Below, one piece after another: positions 21,394 through 30,777 of a DNA stretch of 64,000 nt; position 1 is the stretch's first letter, and every line of letters starts with the position of its first letter. The notes below the pieces were generated by a model, which worked only from the letters and a program-made list of their open reading frames with translations, was not told the DNA's origin and did no database searches. This stretch comes from a virus: IMG/VR virus record IMGVR_UViG_3300003177_000010, positions 1 to 64,000 of that record; one strand, written 5' to 3'. The translations under genes and the position numbers were made by a program.

Positions 21394-21864
21394 TTACCCT
21401 TTACCATTTGCTATAGCATCTGCACCAAAAGAGGCGGCAAAAGAATCAGGTTTTAGTTTTGGAGTTATGCCAGTCATCCCTATTACGTAACCTGCTGCTT
21501 CTTTAGCTACGCAGTTAGAACCATTAGATGGATCTGTGGATATATCCAAATGTATTTCTACGTCAAAACCATCTATTAATGGCATAATTTGTATACCTAG
21601 TTGGCATACTTTCATTACTTCATTCATCATGCGCATTTTAGGTCTATTTTTAACAGCATCATAATCAGGTTCTGTACTTATATTAGAAAATATTTTACAT
21701 CCTTTATTGCTGTCTTTATGCACGATACATACAGTAGCATACTTAGCAAACCACATACCATTTTTCTTATACCGTACAGAATCACAACCTAAATACACTT
21801 TAGTCTTAGGCCCTACAGTTAATAGTAAATCAAATAGCTCTTGTTGTTGTTTATCCGTAAACAT
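21394..21864 (-). CDS. RNase H-like YkuK (DUF458) protein
   Basis: YLGCDS, RMMNEV, EIHLDI, KPDSFAAS..AD. Confidence 0.8.
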   Translation of the reverse strand: MFTDKQQQELFDLLLTVGPKTKVYLGCDSVRYKKNGMWFAKYATVCIVHKDSNKGCKIFSNISTEPDYDAVKNRPKMRMMNEVMKVCQLGIQIMPLIDGFDVEIHLDISTDPSNGSNCVAKEAAGYVIGMTGITPKLKPDSFAASFGADAIANGKG

Positions 21865-22393
21865 TATTTTTTCCTATAAAATTATTATATTCTAAATAAT
21901 CTACTAAAATACTTACCTCACTCCTTAAGTTACCTAAACCGTAGTTATTATTTACAATATAATCTGCTTCTTCTTTTGGTATATTAAAACTATCACTAGA
22001 CTCTGCAGACACTCTATTCTCTGCATCTACCCATATTACAATAGTGTTAAAATTACCTGATTTTCGTACGGCAGCTAATTCTTCGATATTTCTGATACCG
22101 GCATATATATCATATTCTTTAAATATGTTTCTAGATAGTCTAGTTAAATCTTTTTTATTATACTCGCATATCAAGTCGAACCATATTTTTCTTAACCCTG
22201 GCTCGTGGCGTCTTTTGAAGCATTCTTCAGCATCTATATAACCAAACTTATCTTTTATAGCAGGAAATATTATGTTCTCTGATAAGAAGTAAGAACTAGC
22301 ACAGTAAGTATAATTATAACTTTTAGCTAATAACTCACATACAGTATCTTTACCTGACCTGCCATGCCCTATTACGTATATCGCCTTAATCAT
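21851..22393 (-). CDS. dNMP kinase-like P-loop protein
   Basis: GHGRSGKDT, GIR..EE, ADYIVNNN. Confidence 0.75.
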   Translation of the reverse strand: MIKAIYVIGHGRSGKDTVCELLAKSYNYTYCASSYFLSENIIFPAIKDKFGYIDAEECFKRRHEPGLRKIWFDLICEYNKKDLTRLSRNIFKEYDIYAGIRNIEELAAVRKSGNFNTIVIWVDAENRVSAESSDSFNIPKEEADYIVNNNYGLGNLRSEVSILVDYLEYNNFIGKNNVYG

Positions 22394-22814
22394 ATAAATA
22401 TACTACTGGTTGTACTTTTGTTAAAGTATTTTCTATTATACTAGAGATAATAGCCCAATTACCTCCTCCTAAAGATGCCCCTATTAATGGCATGGCCACT
22501 TTCTCATACTGTGTAAAATCATTATTTATTTTAAAGAATACTTCTTCTATAGCGTCATAACTAACAAATCTACTCCCATCTCTACCGTAAGATTCTTGAG
22601 TTATAGCGTTAATTACTACTCTACTAGAGTAGTTATAATTAGTATAAGTACCTAAAAATCTACTGTTATTTTTATAAATGTTGAAAGCTTCTGGGTATTT
22701 ATTTTTAATTTGTAAAGCTACTCCAGAACCCATCATCCCTACCGAGTTACAGCCATGAACTATTACAACTTCTTTAGCTTTTAATAAGTCACCTTTTTTA
22801 TATATTATCTTAAT
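22386..22814 (-). CDS. Macro domain ADP-ribosyl hydrolase (TARG1/DarG-like); probable ATT start
   Basis: KGDLL...IVHGCNSVGMMGSGVA, MPLIGASLGGGNW; frame is open upstream to ATT 22814. Confidence 0.85.
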   Translation of the reverse strand: MKIIYKKGDLLKAKEVVIVHGCNSVGMMGSGVALQIKNKYPEAFNIYKNNSRFLGTYTNYNYSSRVVINAITQESYGRDGSRFVSYDAIEEVFFKINNDFTQYEKVAMPLIGASLGGGNWAIISSIIENTLTKVQPVVYLYD

Positions 22815-22959
22815 TTTCTTAACTCCTGCCTTCCTTGCTCTTTTAACTTTTTATGGGCTAGACTCTTAGCATTGTGAGGGTTTTTAGGTTCTTGATCCTG
22901 ATAAAACCCCTCTAAAAAAGCATGATAAGCACAAAACCATATTAATTTATATTTTCTAA

Positions 22960-23367
22960 TCATAAAGTATCTCTAATACACATAAGAATATTACCAAGTG
23001 TGTTTTTACCATTACCTATAGGAGATTCACCCCAAAAAGTGTCTCCCCAATTATTAACTTCTATTAACTGTTTACTACCTGTATCTTTTAGTTGTTCGGC
23101 TAGTATAGGATCTTTAAATTTAATAATTAGTAACTTCTCCATTGCCTCAACTTTTATGTCGTCCCAATCCTTACGCATTTTAATATATCTGCCTTGCTTT
23201 TTAGCTAAAGTAGGTGTCTTAAACTTGCTAAACATTTCCCAATCTACAGGGTCTAAAGATTTACAGGCTTGGTAAGCATGTTCTACTGTTGGATAAGAAA
23301 AACCATTAGCAAATATGGTACTTTCATAAAAGTTAGATAGAAAAGTATTTCTGAAATTTGTTATCAT
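22960..23367 (-). CDS. NADAR (YbiA) family protein
   Basis: FLSNFY, TVEHAYQACK, R.DW, LIE.N.WGDTFWG, GKNTLG..LM..R. Confidence 0.93.
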   Translation of the reverse strand: MITNFRNTFLSNFYESTIFANGFSYPTVEHAYQACKSLDPVDWEMFSKFKTPTLAKKQGRYIKMRKDWDDIKVEAMEKLLIIKFKDPILAEQLKDTGSKQLIEVNNWGDTFWGESPIGNGKNTLGNILMCIRDTL

Positions 23368-23507
23368 TTATTAATCCTTTTTATTACATGTACTATAGGC
23401 AAGCTATCTATCTATTATTAGAATTAGTACTTTACCGCCATGAGCTATGTTAATTTGTTTTTTAAATACTCGATAAGTATACCATATATAATTCCTATTA
23501 TCAATAA

Positions 23508-24023
23508 TTAATTTACTTTTAGCTCGTCTATATTATATGGGTAATAATTATTACGCTCTACTGATATATTATAATAGGGTCCTGGAGGTGACTCTTTCTC
23601 ATGTATATGGCCATGGATATTTTGTACCATTTTATTACGCCTAACAAGACTAGAGGCATGCGTAGGCACATGAGTTGCTAGAAACCCGAAGTCACTAAAG
23701 TCTCCCCATAGTAGTATTTTTTGAAACATATTTTTAGAGGCGATATATGATATATTATCGTGATTACCAACTATAAGACGTTTTTTGCCTCGTAACCTAT
23801 TCCAGTTATCTTCTATCCAGCTTTTAGACCCCATAAATACGTCGCCTAGATGGTATACTTTATCTTCTGGTTTTATATATTCGTTCCAATTATTAATTAT
23901 AGTCTCATTCATGTCCTCTATACTAGAGAAACCAGGACGAATTAACTTACCGTCTTCGTCTGTAAATTTAAGTATATTCTTATGGTTAAAATGTGTATCC
24001 GATATAAACCAAATGTTACTCAT
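23508..24023 (-). CDS. Metallophosphoesterase
   Basis: SDTHFNH, HLGD, GNHD, HGHIH. Confidence 0.9.
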   Translation of the reverse strand: MSNIWFISDTHFNHKNILKFTDEDGKLIRPGFSSIEDMNETIINNWNEYIKPEDKVYHLGDVFMGSKSWIEDNWNRLRGKKRLIVGNHDNISYIASKNMFQKILLWGDFSDFGFLATHVPTHASSLVRRNKMVQNIHGHIHEKESPPGPYYNISVERNNYYPYNIDELKVN

Positions 24024-24211
24024 TATTACTACCTCTTATATAACTTCCTGTCATTCAAATTCTTTCTTTTTATACGAAGATACTTTCTCCGTTGTTGCAT
24101 GAGCTAACGATTCATGCAAAGTATCTGCATAAGATAACACCTCTGTAAATACTTTCCATTTTGTATACTCATCTTTAGCGTTTATGAATCTACGTTCAAA
24201 AGATTCTCTAG

Positions 24212-25570
24212 TTACTTTTTGTGCTTCTGCAGCCATGGTTTATATATTTCTCCTGCCCTCATAGAACCTAGGGGCTCTATTTCATCTACTATATGTGCTA
24301 ACTTATAGTCTTTAATTTGTTTACAAACTTCTTTTGCACTCTTGTATGCTCCAGGTAGCTCTGATATATCTGCAGTTCCTGTATAAAAACGACAGTCAAT
24401 GTCCTTAGGTACTAACTCTTCATAAGTCTTACTAATATTATCTTTTTTGGACTGCGTTCTAGAAATATTTCTGCCAGCACCATGCGGAGCAAAACCATAA
24501 GTGTTATCTATATGATGCGTAACTATCAATATAGGCTCCCCCATATTTAAAGGTATAATACGCCTATCTTCCGCCCACTTGTTAAATGTAGGTGTAGCTC
24601 CTTTAGCATGGTGGAAAATATCACCATCTTTAAACACAAAGTTATGCTCGTTCCAAAAGCGGTCTGTGATACTCGGATTATTTAGCTCATGCAATACTTC
24701 TGAATGTACTACAAAGTGGTTAAGTTTAGTCCAAGCTCTTATAATCTGTAGAGCTTCCCAATAATTCTTGCCTTCCTCAGTCTCATAAGGAATCCATGCG
24801 TTCTGTTTTAAGGTATTAGAGGAATATTTAATCCTAAATTCTTCTGCAGCTTTCATTCCTTTTTTATACAATAAGGCTCCAGGTTTTCTAGACCCGTGAT
24901 GAGTAACTAAAGTGATTCTACCTGTGCTTTTAGATCTACCTACAAAGAAAAAGTGGTTACCATCTCCTTGAGTACCTAGATAATCATACATAGCTTGTAT
25001 AATAGTAGTATCATTTAAAAATTTATTATTTCGTGCTCTAGCTATTATTTTATTATTCATAGGTATCTTAATAGCTCTACCTCCTGGGCCAAAGTGCGAG
25101 CGCTTTTGAACTGCGTTCAATATAGTAGCAACATCTATTTCATCTTTAATCTCAGTTAAGTATAAAGAGCAACAAATATTAGAACTATGCATACCTGGGT
25201 GAATAGCATTTTTTGCACTAATTACACCCCCTACTGGTATAGTCCCTACAGGGCCTGAAGGGCAAGCATCAGGCATTACAGAAGCTTTAACTACAGTAGG
25301 AGTAAGAGTAGCTACCTTCATAGTCTCTACTACCGCTTTATAATTAGCTTTTTCATATTTTGTAGTACCTTTATCAAGATTTACTTTAAAAAATGAAGAA
25401 GTTTTCAATGGAATTGAGCGGTCCTTAGTAGCTTCTTTATATCTCCAAGCTAGGCCTTCCATTAAGTCAGTAGTCCTACCTGGTTTATTAGCATAACTTA
25501 ATAATTCCGAGAACCAAGGACCTGGTTTAAAGCCCCAATCAATTAGGTCTTTTCCTGTTATTTTTTCCAA
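24212..25570 (-). CDS. rtcB: RtcB-family RNA ligase
   Basis: MPDAC, IPVGG, GTQGDGNHF, HHGSR, HN, HAKGAT, HGAGR, ELPGAYK. Confidence 0.93.
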   Translation of the reverse strand: MEKITGKDLIDWGFKPGPWFSELLSYANKPGRTTDLMEGLAWRYKEATKDRSIPLKTSSFFKVNLDKGTTKYEKANYKAVVETMKVATLTPTVVKASVMPDACPSGPVGTIPVGGVISAKNAIHPGMHSSNICCSLYLTEIKDEIDVATILNAVQKRSHFGPGGRAIKIPMNNKIIARARNNKFLNDTTIIQAMYDYLGTQGDGNHFFFVGRSKSTGRITLVTHHGSRKPGALLYKKGMKAAEEFRIKYSSNTLKQNAWIPYETEEGKNYWEALQIIRAWTKLNHFVVHSEVLHELNNPSITDRFWNEHNFVFKDGDIFHHAKGATPTFNKWAEDRRIIPLNMGEPILIVTHHIDNTYGFAPHGAGRNISRTQSKKDNISKTYEELVPKDIDCRFYTGTADISELPGAYKSAKEVCKQIKDYKLAHIVDEIEPLGSMRAGEIYKPWLQKHKK

Positions 25571-25814
25571 TATTTCCCCATCATATAGCTACAAAGAAAA
25601 GCCTATAAGAGCTATTTCAAAATTTACCATTTATTTCATCTTTTATAATAGATATTGACACTTTGTATACTCCACATTCTTGTATACACTTAGGCATATC
25701 AGCTATGTTATTATACACCCTAACTTTATCTGCGCAGTTACCAAGTTCATGGTTAAATTCTGTTTTGCACATGAATGCTGTTTTAGTTTTTTTCATACGA
25801 TATATTCCTATATT

Positions 25815-26072
25815 TTAGTAACTAAAAGTAAATCTAATTAAAGTACCCTTAATTAGTACTTTATTCGCAGAGATTTCTGTATGTTTTAAAGATCCGTCTT
25901 CTATACTATTTAATACTTCGATAGCTGCTATAGTATTATCTCTATCATCAGAATTTATACAGCCTCCTGCTGATGCTAAAAGTAAATTTGTTTGTTCACT
26001 AGTGGTAAAGCACTCATATAGTATAGCCTCTTCCCCTGTAAAGTCAATTAATAGATACAGTTTATTATCCAA
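25815..26072 (-). CDS. Hypothetical protein
   Basis: TTG start after GGAG. Confidence 0.55.
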   Translation of the reverse strand: MDNKLYLLIDFTGEEAILYECFTTSEQTNLLLASAGGCINSDDRDNTIAAIEVLNSIEDGSLKHTEISANKVLIKGTLIRFTFSY

Positions 26073-26183
26073 AAGTTACTCTCCAATTTTTTTGTCATTA
26101 AAAATAATATAACAGGTAATTATAGTAATTGTAAAGTAAAAAACCACATAACTTGCTCAGCTACGTGGTTAATATTTTAATTT

Positions 26184-26840
26184 TTATAGGCTATTTACAA
26201 TATCTCTATAAACTTCTTCTACAAAATTATAAGCTTTATTCATATCTACAGAGGAAGGTAACACAGATTTTTCTTTAGCATAATTGCACACTTTTTCCAT
26301 ATGCACAACTTCTTTATCTAGCTCTGCTACAGCAAATTCTCCATTTTTCACTTTAATAAGTATCTCCCTATCTGGTTTACTAATAGGAAAGGTTAAAGTA
26401 CCTGACTTATGTAATTCTTCTAACAGTAATAAGGAGCGCAATTTATGGTAATAATCTTTATAGGTTTTAGTATTAAGATTAAAAGCCATCCCGGTAAAAC
26501 CACTTAGACTACTAGTTAATAGTGATAAACCCACAGCCCTAGCTTTTACCCATAGAATTGTTTCATACTCTGCTGATGCAAATAGCATCTCAATACTTTG
26601 CGGTTTACCCCTCCTAATATCTTCAAAAAATCTTAGTAAGCTAACAGTACTAATATCTTCATCATTTTTAGTATTTTTACCTATAGTTGCAGGAGAATAT
26701 CTAATATGATGTTTCTGACAATCTAGTAAAATTTCTGATTTACTAGGCAGATGAACTCCGTTCATATCTGTATCTGACTCTGGAGTATCTGTACCGTATA
26801 ACTTAGAACCACTATAGCATTTAAAAATAATAGTCATCAT
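26184..26840 (-). CDS. Pol-beta-superfamily nucleotidyltransferase (RlaP/YcgL-like)
   Basis: GSKLYGTDTPESDTD, P..IEMLF, H.LR, S.LP. Confidence 0.85.
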   Translation of the reverse strand: MMTIIFKCYSGSKLYGTDTPESDTDMNGVHLPSKSEILLDCQKHHIRYSPATIGKNTKNDEDISTVSLLRFFEDIRRGKPQSIEMLFASAEYETILWVKARAVGLSLLTSSLSGFTGMAFNLNTKTYKDYYHKLRSLLLLEELHKSGTLTFPISKPDREILIKVKNGEFAVAELDKEVVHMEKVCNYAKEKSVLPSSVDMNKAYNFVEEVYRDIVNSL

Positions 26841-26983
26841 ATATAACCCTAAGTTGTTTTTCTTTTCTCTAATACTTTTATTCTGCTGTGATACTTCGTA
26901 TTATAATGTATTTTAGCTTCTTTATTTATTACATATACTAATACATTAGGGCAATATTTTAATATATAAACTGTACTAAGGAT

Positions 26984-27250
26984 TTACTCTGTATGCGCAT
27001 CTAAAAATTCTTTTATTACATCCCCATGGCAGGCCAAAGGCGCACACCAGCATTCTAAATCGTGCCCAGTTAATTCAGCTATAGCAGCTTTTTGTAGCTC
27101 TTCATTATTGTAGAAATATTCTTTATACTGCTGAATAACTTGTGTTCTATTACCATCAATACCAATAGAAAAAGGGTTACCAAATTTACTTGGTCGCCCT
27201 ATATAGGTTGCATTATCGCAGTTATCTTTTTTATGTACTACTTCAACCAT
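26984..27250 (-). CDS. DUF4326 protein
   Basis: YIGRPSKFGNPF, L.CWCAPLACHGD. Confidence 0.85.
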   Translation of the reverse strand: MVEVVHKKDNCDNATYIGRPSKFGNPFSIGIDGNRTQVIQQYKEYFYNNEELQKAAIAELTGHDLECWCAPLACHGDVIKEFLDAHTE

Positions 27251-27426
27251 TTGTCAATCTTTTCACAATATTGTGTAGCTACTTTTTTAGCGTAATTACT
27301 AGATAAAGTTTCGTAGTCTCCTACAGTCCAGTCATCTATCATATCGAACTTATGAGGAAAATCATTAGGTAGCCTAGCAAGCTGTTCTAATAGCATAAGT
27401 TACTTTAATAATATTCTTTCAAAAAA

Positions 27427-27512
27427 TGGAGGAAGGTAGAGTAATCGAAACCCGAACCCTTGCGGGTTCCCCGAGGGTTCAAACCTCGTTTGGCACCTTG
27501 CCGGTACCTTCC
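27427..27512 (-). tRNA. tRNA-Ser(UGA), 8/4 fold
   Basis: 8-bp acceptor GGAAGGTA/TACCTTCC, 4-bp T stem, long V arm, CCA. Confidence 0.85.
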
Positions 27513-27740
27513 TTAATATGGATCCTCCAAAATACCGTCTATACTCACTTTTTATCAGGAGCTTATCCCCTCAATCAGAGTAACACCCTTTAGGTGATTG
27601 TCTCATGTATTTCAGATGTATTTGTTATTATAATAGAAGCTACCTACATATCAACTTATCTATCAAGAATACTACTATATTAGTTATAAGGCCCTAATAG
27701 TATACTTGATAAACTTAAAGGACGGCAATACACGTCCACC

Positions 27741-27788
27741 CCTGTGACGCTTTTTAGCGTTTCGTCCCTTAAGGACTCCTCAGACAGG
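27741..27788 (-). ncRNA. Type I hammerhead ribozyme
   Basis: CCTGT-CTGAGGA-GTCC(TTAAG)GGAC-GAA-ACGCT(AAAA)AGCGT-C-ACAGG: full catalytic core with three paired stems. Confidence 0.9.
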
Positions 27789-27793
27789 TTATT

Positions 27794-27869
27794 TGGTGAA
27801 CCGATTGGGATTCGAACCCAAGTCCCATGATTAAAAGTCATGTGCTAAAACCTACTCAGCTACCGGTCC
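27794..27869 (-). tRNA. tRNA-Lys(UUU)
   Basis: Cloverleaf, CATGA-CTTTTAA-TCATG, CCA. Confidence 0.95.
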
Positions 27870-27989
27870 TTTATATATTTAATGGCACAGGAAGTACTAG
27901 CATACTTATCTCTTACACCGTAGTCTCGCTGCTAGACTAAACTACCATTGTGCTATCCTTACGGTCATCCGCCGAAGGACCATTAAATT

Positions 27990-28072
27990 TGGTACGGATG
28001 GAGGGACTCGAACCCTCACGCACTAGGCAGGAAATTTTAAGTCTCCCGTGTCTACCATTCCACCACATCCGC
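27990..28072 (-). tRNA. tRNA-Leu(UAA)
   Basis: Cloverleaf with V arm, CCA. Confidence 0.95.
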
Positions 28073-28427
28073 AATTAGGGCCGCCCTATATATACCGAAT
28101 CCTCCAGTATATATTATTTAAGGTAGCAGCGACGGCCACAGTACCCGATTACTTTTACTAATAAGTATACCTGCGTGAAAAGTACAAACATACAAGTACT
28201 AATATAACGTAACTGGTCCCCAGTTTTCATTTAGTATTTGGAATACTAAATCCAGTATCTCTTCACCGTTAAGTAATTAAAATTACTTAAAAAGCTAATT
28301 TACCGTATGTGCGGTGTGTGAGGCGGGTTTCTCACCTTACGTTATACAAAACAATTTATATAAACTCGGACTATACCCGAGACGTATAGCATTACAAATG
28401 CTAAATTTTACGATATAAACTGTATCT

Positions 28428-28504
28428 TGGTAGTCCCACCTGGACTCGAACCAGGACTCAAAGCGTTATGAGCGCCCTACTTTAACCGATTAAGCTATGG
28501 GACT
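28428..28504 (-). tRNA. tRNA-Ile2(CAU, lysidine type), copy 1
   Basis: CAT anticodon, C4:G69/C5:G68, ileX-like body. Confidence 0.85.
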
Positions 28505-28683
28505 AAACTTTTAATCTTTATCGCAGTCTGGTTTATGTGGAGCATTTCGGCTAAAACACATGCCAAAAGCTACTGCTAAAACAGTGACACTTAGAATTAC
28601 TAGAATATTAATCATAATTATTTCCTTTTTCTTTTCCGTATAATCTATTATAACGCAAAAATAAGCGTTAAGCAAGTTTAATA

Positions 28684-29154
28684 TTAAAGTATGTTCTTAT
28701 CTAACTCAGTGTCTTCAATCGAAGTACCATTAGCAATTTGCTCTCTAACTCTATCTTTATACGAAATAAAACTACCATCAATAGAGCGTTTGCAATTATC
28801 TTCCATCCAAGCAATATCTGCTTCTAGGTCTACATCTGGCCATATATCTGATAAGTGACATAATTCTTGCATCTTATCTTTAGAAGGAGCTTCTGCATAA
28901 CATATAGCTAGCACTTTCTTACGGTACTCAGTATACCTAGCTAACTGTGCTAGTAGCTTACCCTCATTACTATAACTATTATATAATTTGTCTCTTTTAT
29001 TCCTATAAGTAAGAGAAGCTCTAACCTTATCTACTGTAGCCTCAGGTCCTAAAATTACAGATAAGTAATCTGCCCCTTTGGATATAGCTACTTTTTTAAG
29101 CATCTGGCCCATTTTGGTACTCTGATTAGAATTAACCTTTTTATTAAATGACAC
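28684..29154 (-). CDS. Hypothetical protein
   Basis: 156-aa ORF with GTG start. Confidence 0.6.
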   Translation of the reverse strand: MSFNKKVNSNQSTKMGQMLKKVAISKGADYLSVILGPEATVDKVRASLTYRNKRDKLYNSYSNEGKLLAQLARYTEYRKKVLAICYAEAPSKDKMQELCHLSDIWPDVDLEADIAWMEDNCKRSIDGSFISYKDRVREQIANGTSIEDTELDKNIL

Positions 29155-29285
29155 CCTAACAGACGATCTTAATGGGTATTTTTCCAGTTACCTGAAAAGC
29201 AGGGTCTCTGGTTTGGTGTCGCTACTACAGACCCTTTTTCGCTCTGTATAAACTATAATAACATTAGAATAAGCGTTAAGCAATT

Positions 29286-29300
29286 TTAAACTTCGTTTAA
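29286..29300. repeat. Palindromic element TTAAAC-GAA-GTTTAA next to a -35 box; copies or variants also at 30290, 30651, 30944, 33742, 36391, 36562, 36778, 36816, 43627, 13992
   Basis: Direct comparison of copies. Confidence 0.9.
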
Positions 29301-29605
29301 AGGCTTCCATAGCTTAGCAAATTTTAATACGTTAGGTAAATCTTTAGCAGGTAGTGGTATAGCACAAGAAGTTTTACCCTCTAAAGTACTGCTTTCATGA
29401 CCTAAGTATACATGATCTAAGTCACTAATTTTGGTAAACTCTTTTTTTTACTCTAACTACACATTTTTTTAAAACTAGTAGTTAGCCATTCTTTATATTT
29501 TTCGTCATCTTTAAATAATAAATGTGTGCCTAATACTGCATGAGCTACTAGAGTAGGAGTCATGTAGTCTGGAAAATCATCTAATACTGCAATATATAGT
29601 TTCAT
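29286..29605 (-). pseudogene. Pth2-like peptidyl-tRNA hydrolase with two A-tract frameshifts
   Basis: MKLYIAV...LVAHAVL...WL..SFKK / CVVRV / EF...LKFAKLWKPLNEV* in three frames. Confidence 0.6.
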
Positions 29606-29618
29606 TTATGGGTCTATG

Positions 29619-29690
29619 TGGTAGAGTTACTTGGAATCGAACCAAGCCTAAGTAGATATGAGCCACTCGTCAGAACCGTTCTGTAACTCC
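29619..29690 (-). tRNA. tRNA-Met(CAU), atypical D arm
   Basis: AGTGG-CTCATAT-CTACT, TTCGATT loop, CCA. Confidence 0.75.
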
Positions 29691-29697
29691 GCTAATT

Positions 29698-29771
29698 TGG
29701 TAGCCCTAAAAAGAATTGAACTTATATCTAACAGTTATCAACTGCTTGCTCTACCATTGAGCTATAGGGCC
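29698..29771 (-). tRNA. tRNA-Ile(GAU)
   Basis: Cloverleaf, weak T stem, CCA. Confidence 0.85.
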
Positions 29772-30047
29772 ATTAATGACAAGGAAATCCAACAGAATGG
29801 CGGGTATCATGTTCGAAATCGTGTATATAACTAGAGCTGTAAAACCCAGTAAAAAATATTAAGAATACCCCAAATAAAGCAATAGATACTATTTCTAATA
29901 TAGAGGTATCAACTCTTTGTTTTACTTGTATCATAATATTATACGCTCTTTCAAAAAATATTTGGAAATAATTTTTTGCAGTTATTGGAAAGGTTGCAGC
30001 CTTGTTTTTATTTTACTTTATCATTCCAGATAAAGGGGTCGGATTCT

Positions 30048-30122
30048 TGGTACTAGATAGAGGATTTGAACCTCGCCCTCAAGGTTCACAGTCTCGCGTA
30101 CTACCTCTACACCATATCTAGC
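30048..30122 (-). tRNA. tRNA-His(GUG), 8/4 fold, A73, no G-1
   Basis: GCTAGATA/TATCTAGT acceptor, GAGG/CCTC T stem. Confidence 0.85.
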
Positions 30123-30317
30123 ATATATATTTATAACCTGTATAATCTTAATGCGTGCGACTTACATAACATAGAAAGGAAAAGAATGTTAACGCGCTAA
30201 TTAGTAACTCCTACTGTACTTTCAACAATATCTCGCTGGTTAAGGAGGGCTTTGCATCATGAATTTAAGCTAAGGAGGCGACTTACATATTAAACGAAGT
30301 TTAATAACGCGGGAAAC

Positions 30318-30392
30318 TGGTACTGGATATTAGATTTGAACTAATGCCCTGACGCGTGTAAAACGCCTGCTCTACCACTGAGCTAATCCAGC
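30318..30392 (-). tRNA. tRNA-Val(UAC)
   Basis: Cloverleaf, CCA. Confidence 0.9.
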
Positions 30393-30400
30393 AAGACATA

Positions 30401-30581
30401 GTTATAAGAAAGTTATATAGACAACTCATAACTACTGCAGGCAATGATTACTGCTATTATCCATCGGGCTACGCAGATGACACGGATATTCTTTTACGCA
30501 CATTTTTATTCTGCTGTCGGCTGATTTACTCCAGATCATCTGCAGTCTACATTACAAGATTTTATATAAGTTCTATACAAC
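30401..30581 (-). ncRNA. Unassigned structured RNA (long terminal stem plus multibranch loop)
   Basis: Inverted repeats; upstream promoter at about 30620-30650; no ORF. Confidence 0.5.
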
Positions 30582-30777
30582 TTTGTTTATTACTTATAAT
30601 GTAAATTCTCTTATAAACTATAATAACACTTATTTTAGCGTTAGGCAAGTTTAAACTTCATTTAATAAAATCTCTGTTATAATAAAACAATCCCCGGAGG
30701 CTCCGTTGTATTAACCAGAAAAAATATGTCTTAGTCACCACATTGTCCCGGCAACAGAGACTCATATTAAAGTTTAT

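Noticed and set aside
27427-27512. Selenocysteine or opal-suppressor tRNA
   Set aside because: The anticodon is UGA (reads UCA, Ser), not UCA; no sel genes
27545-27600. Second hammerhead (CTGATTGA...GATA)
   Set aside because: The core does not match CUGANGA/GAAA and stem III is absent
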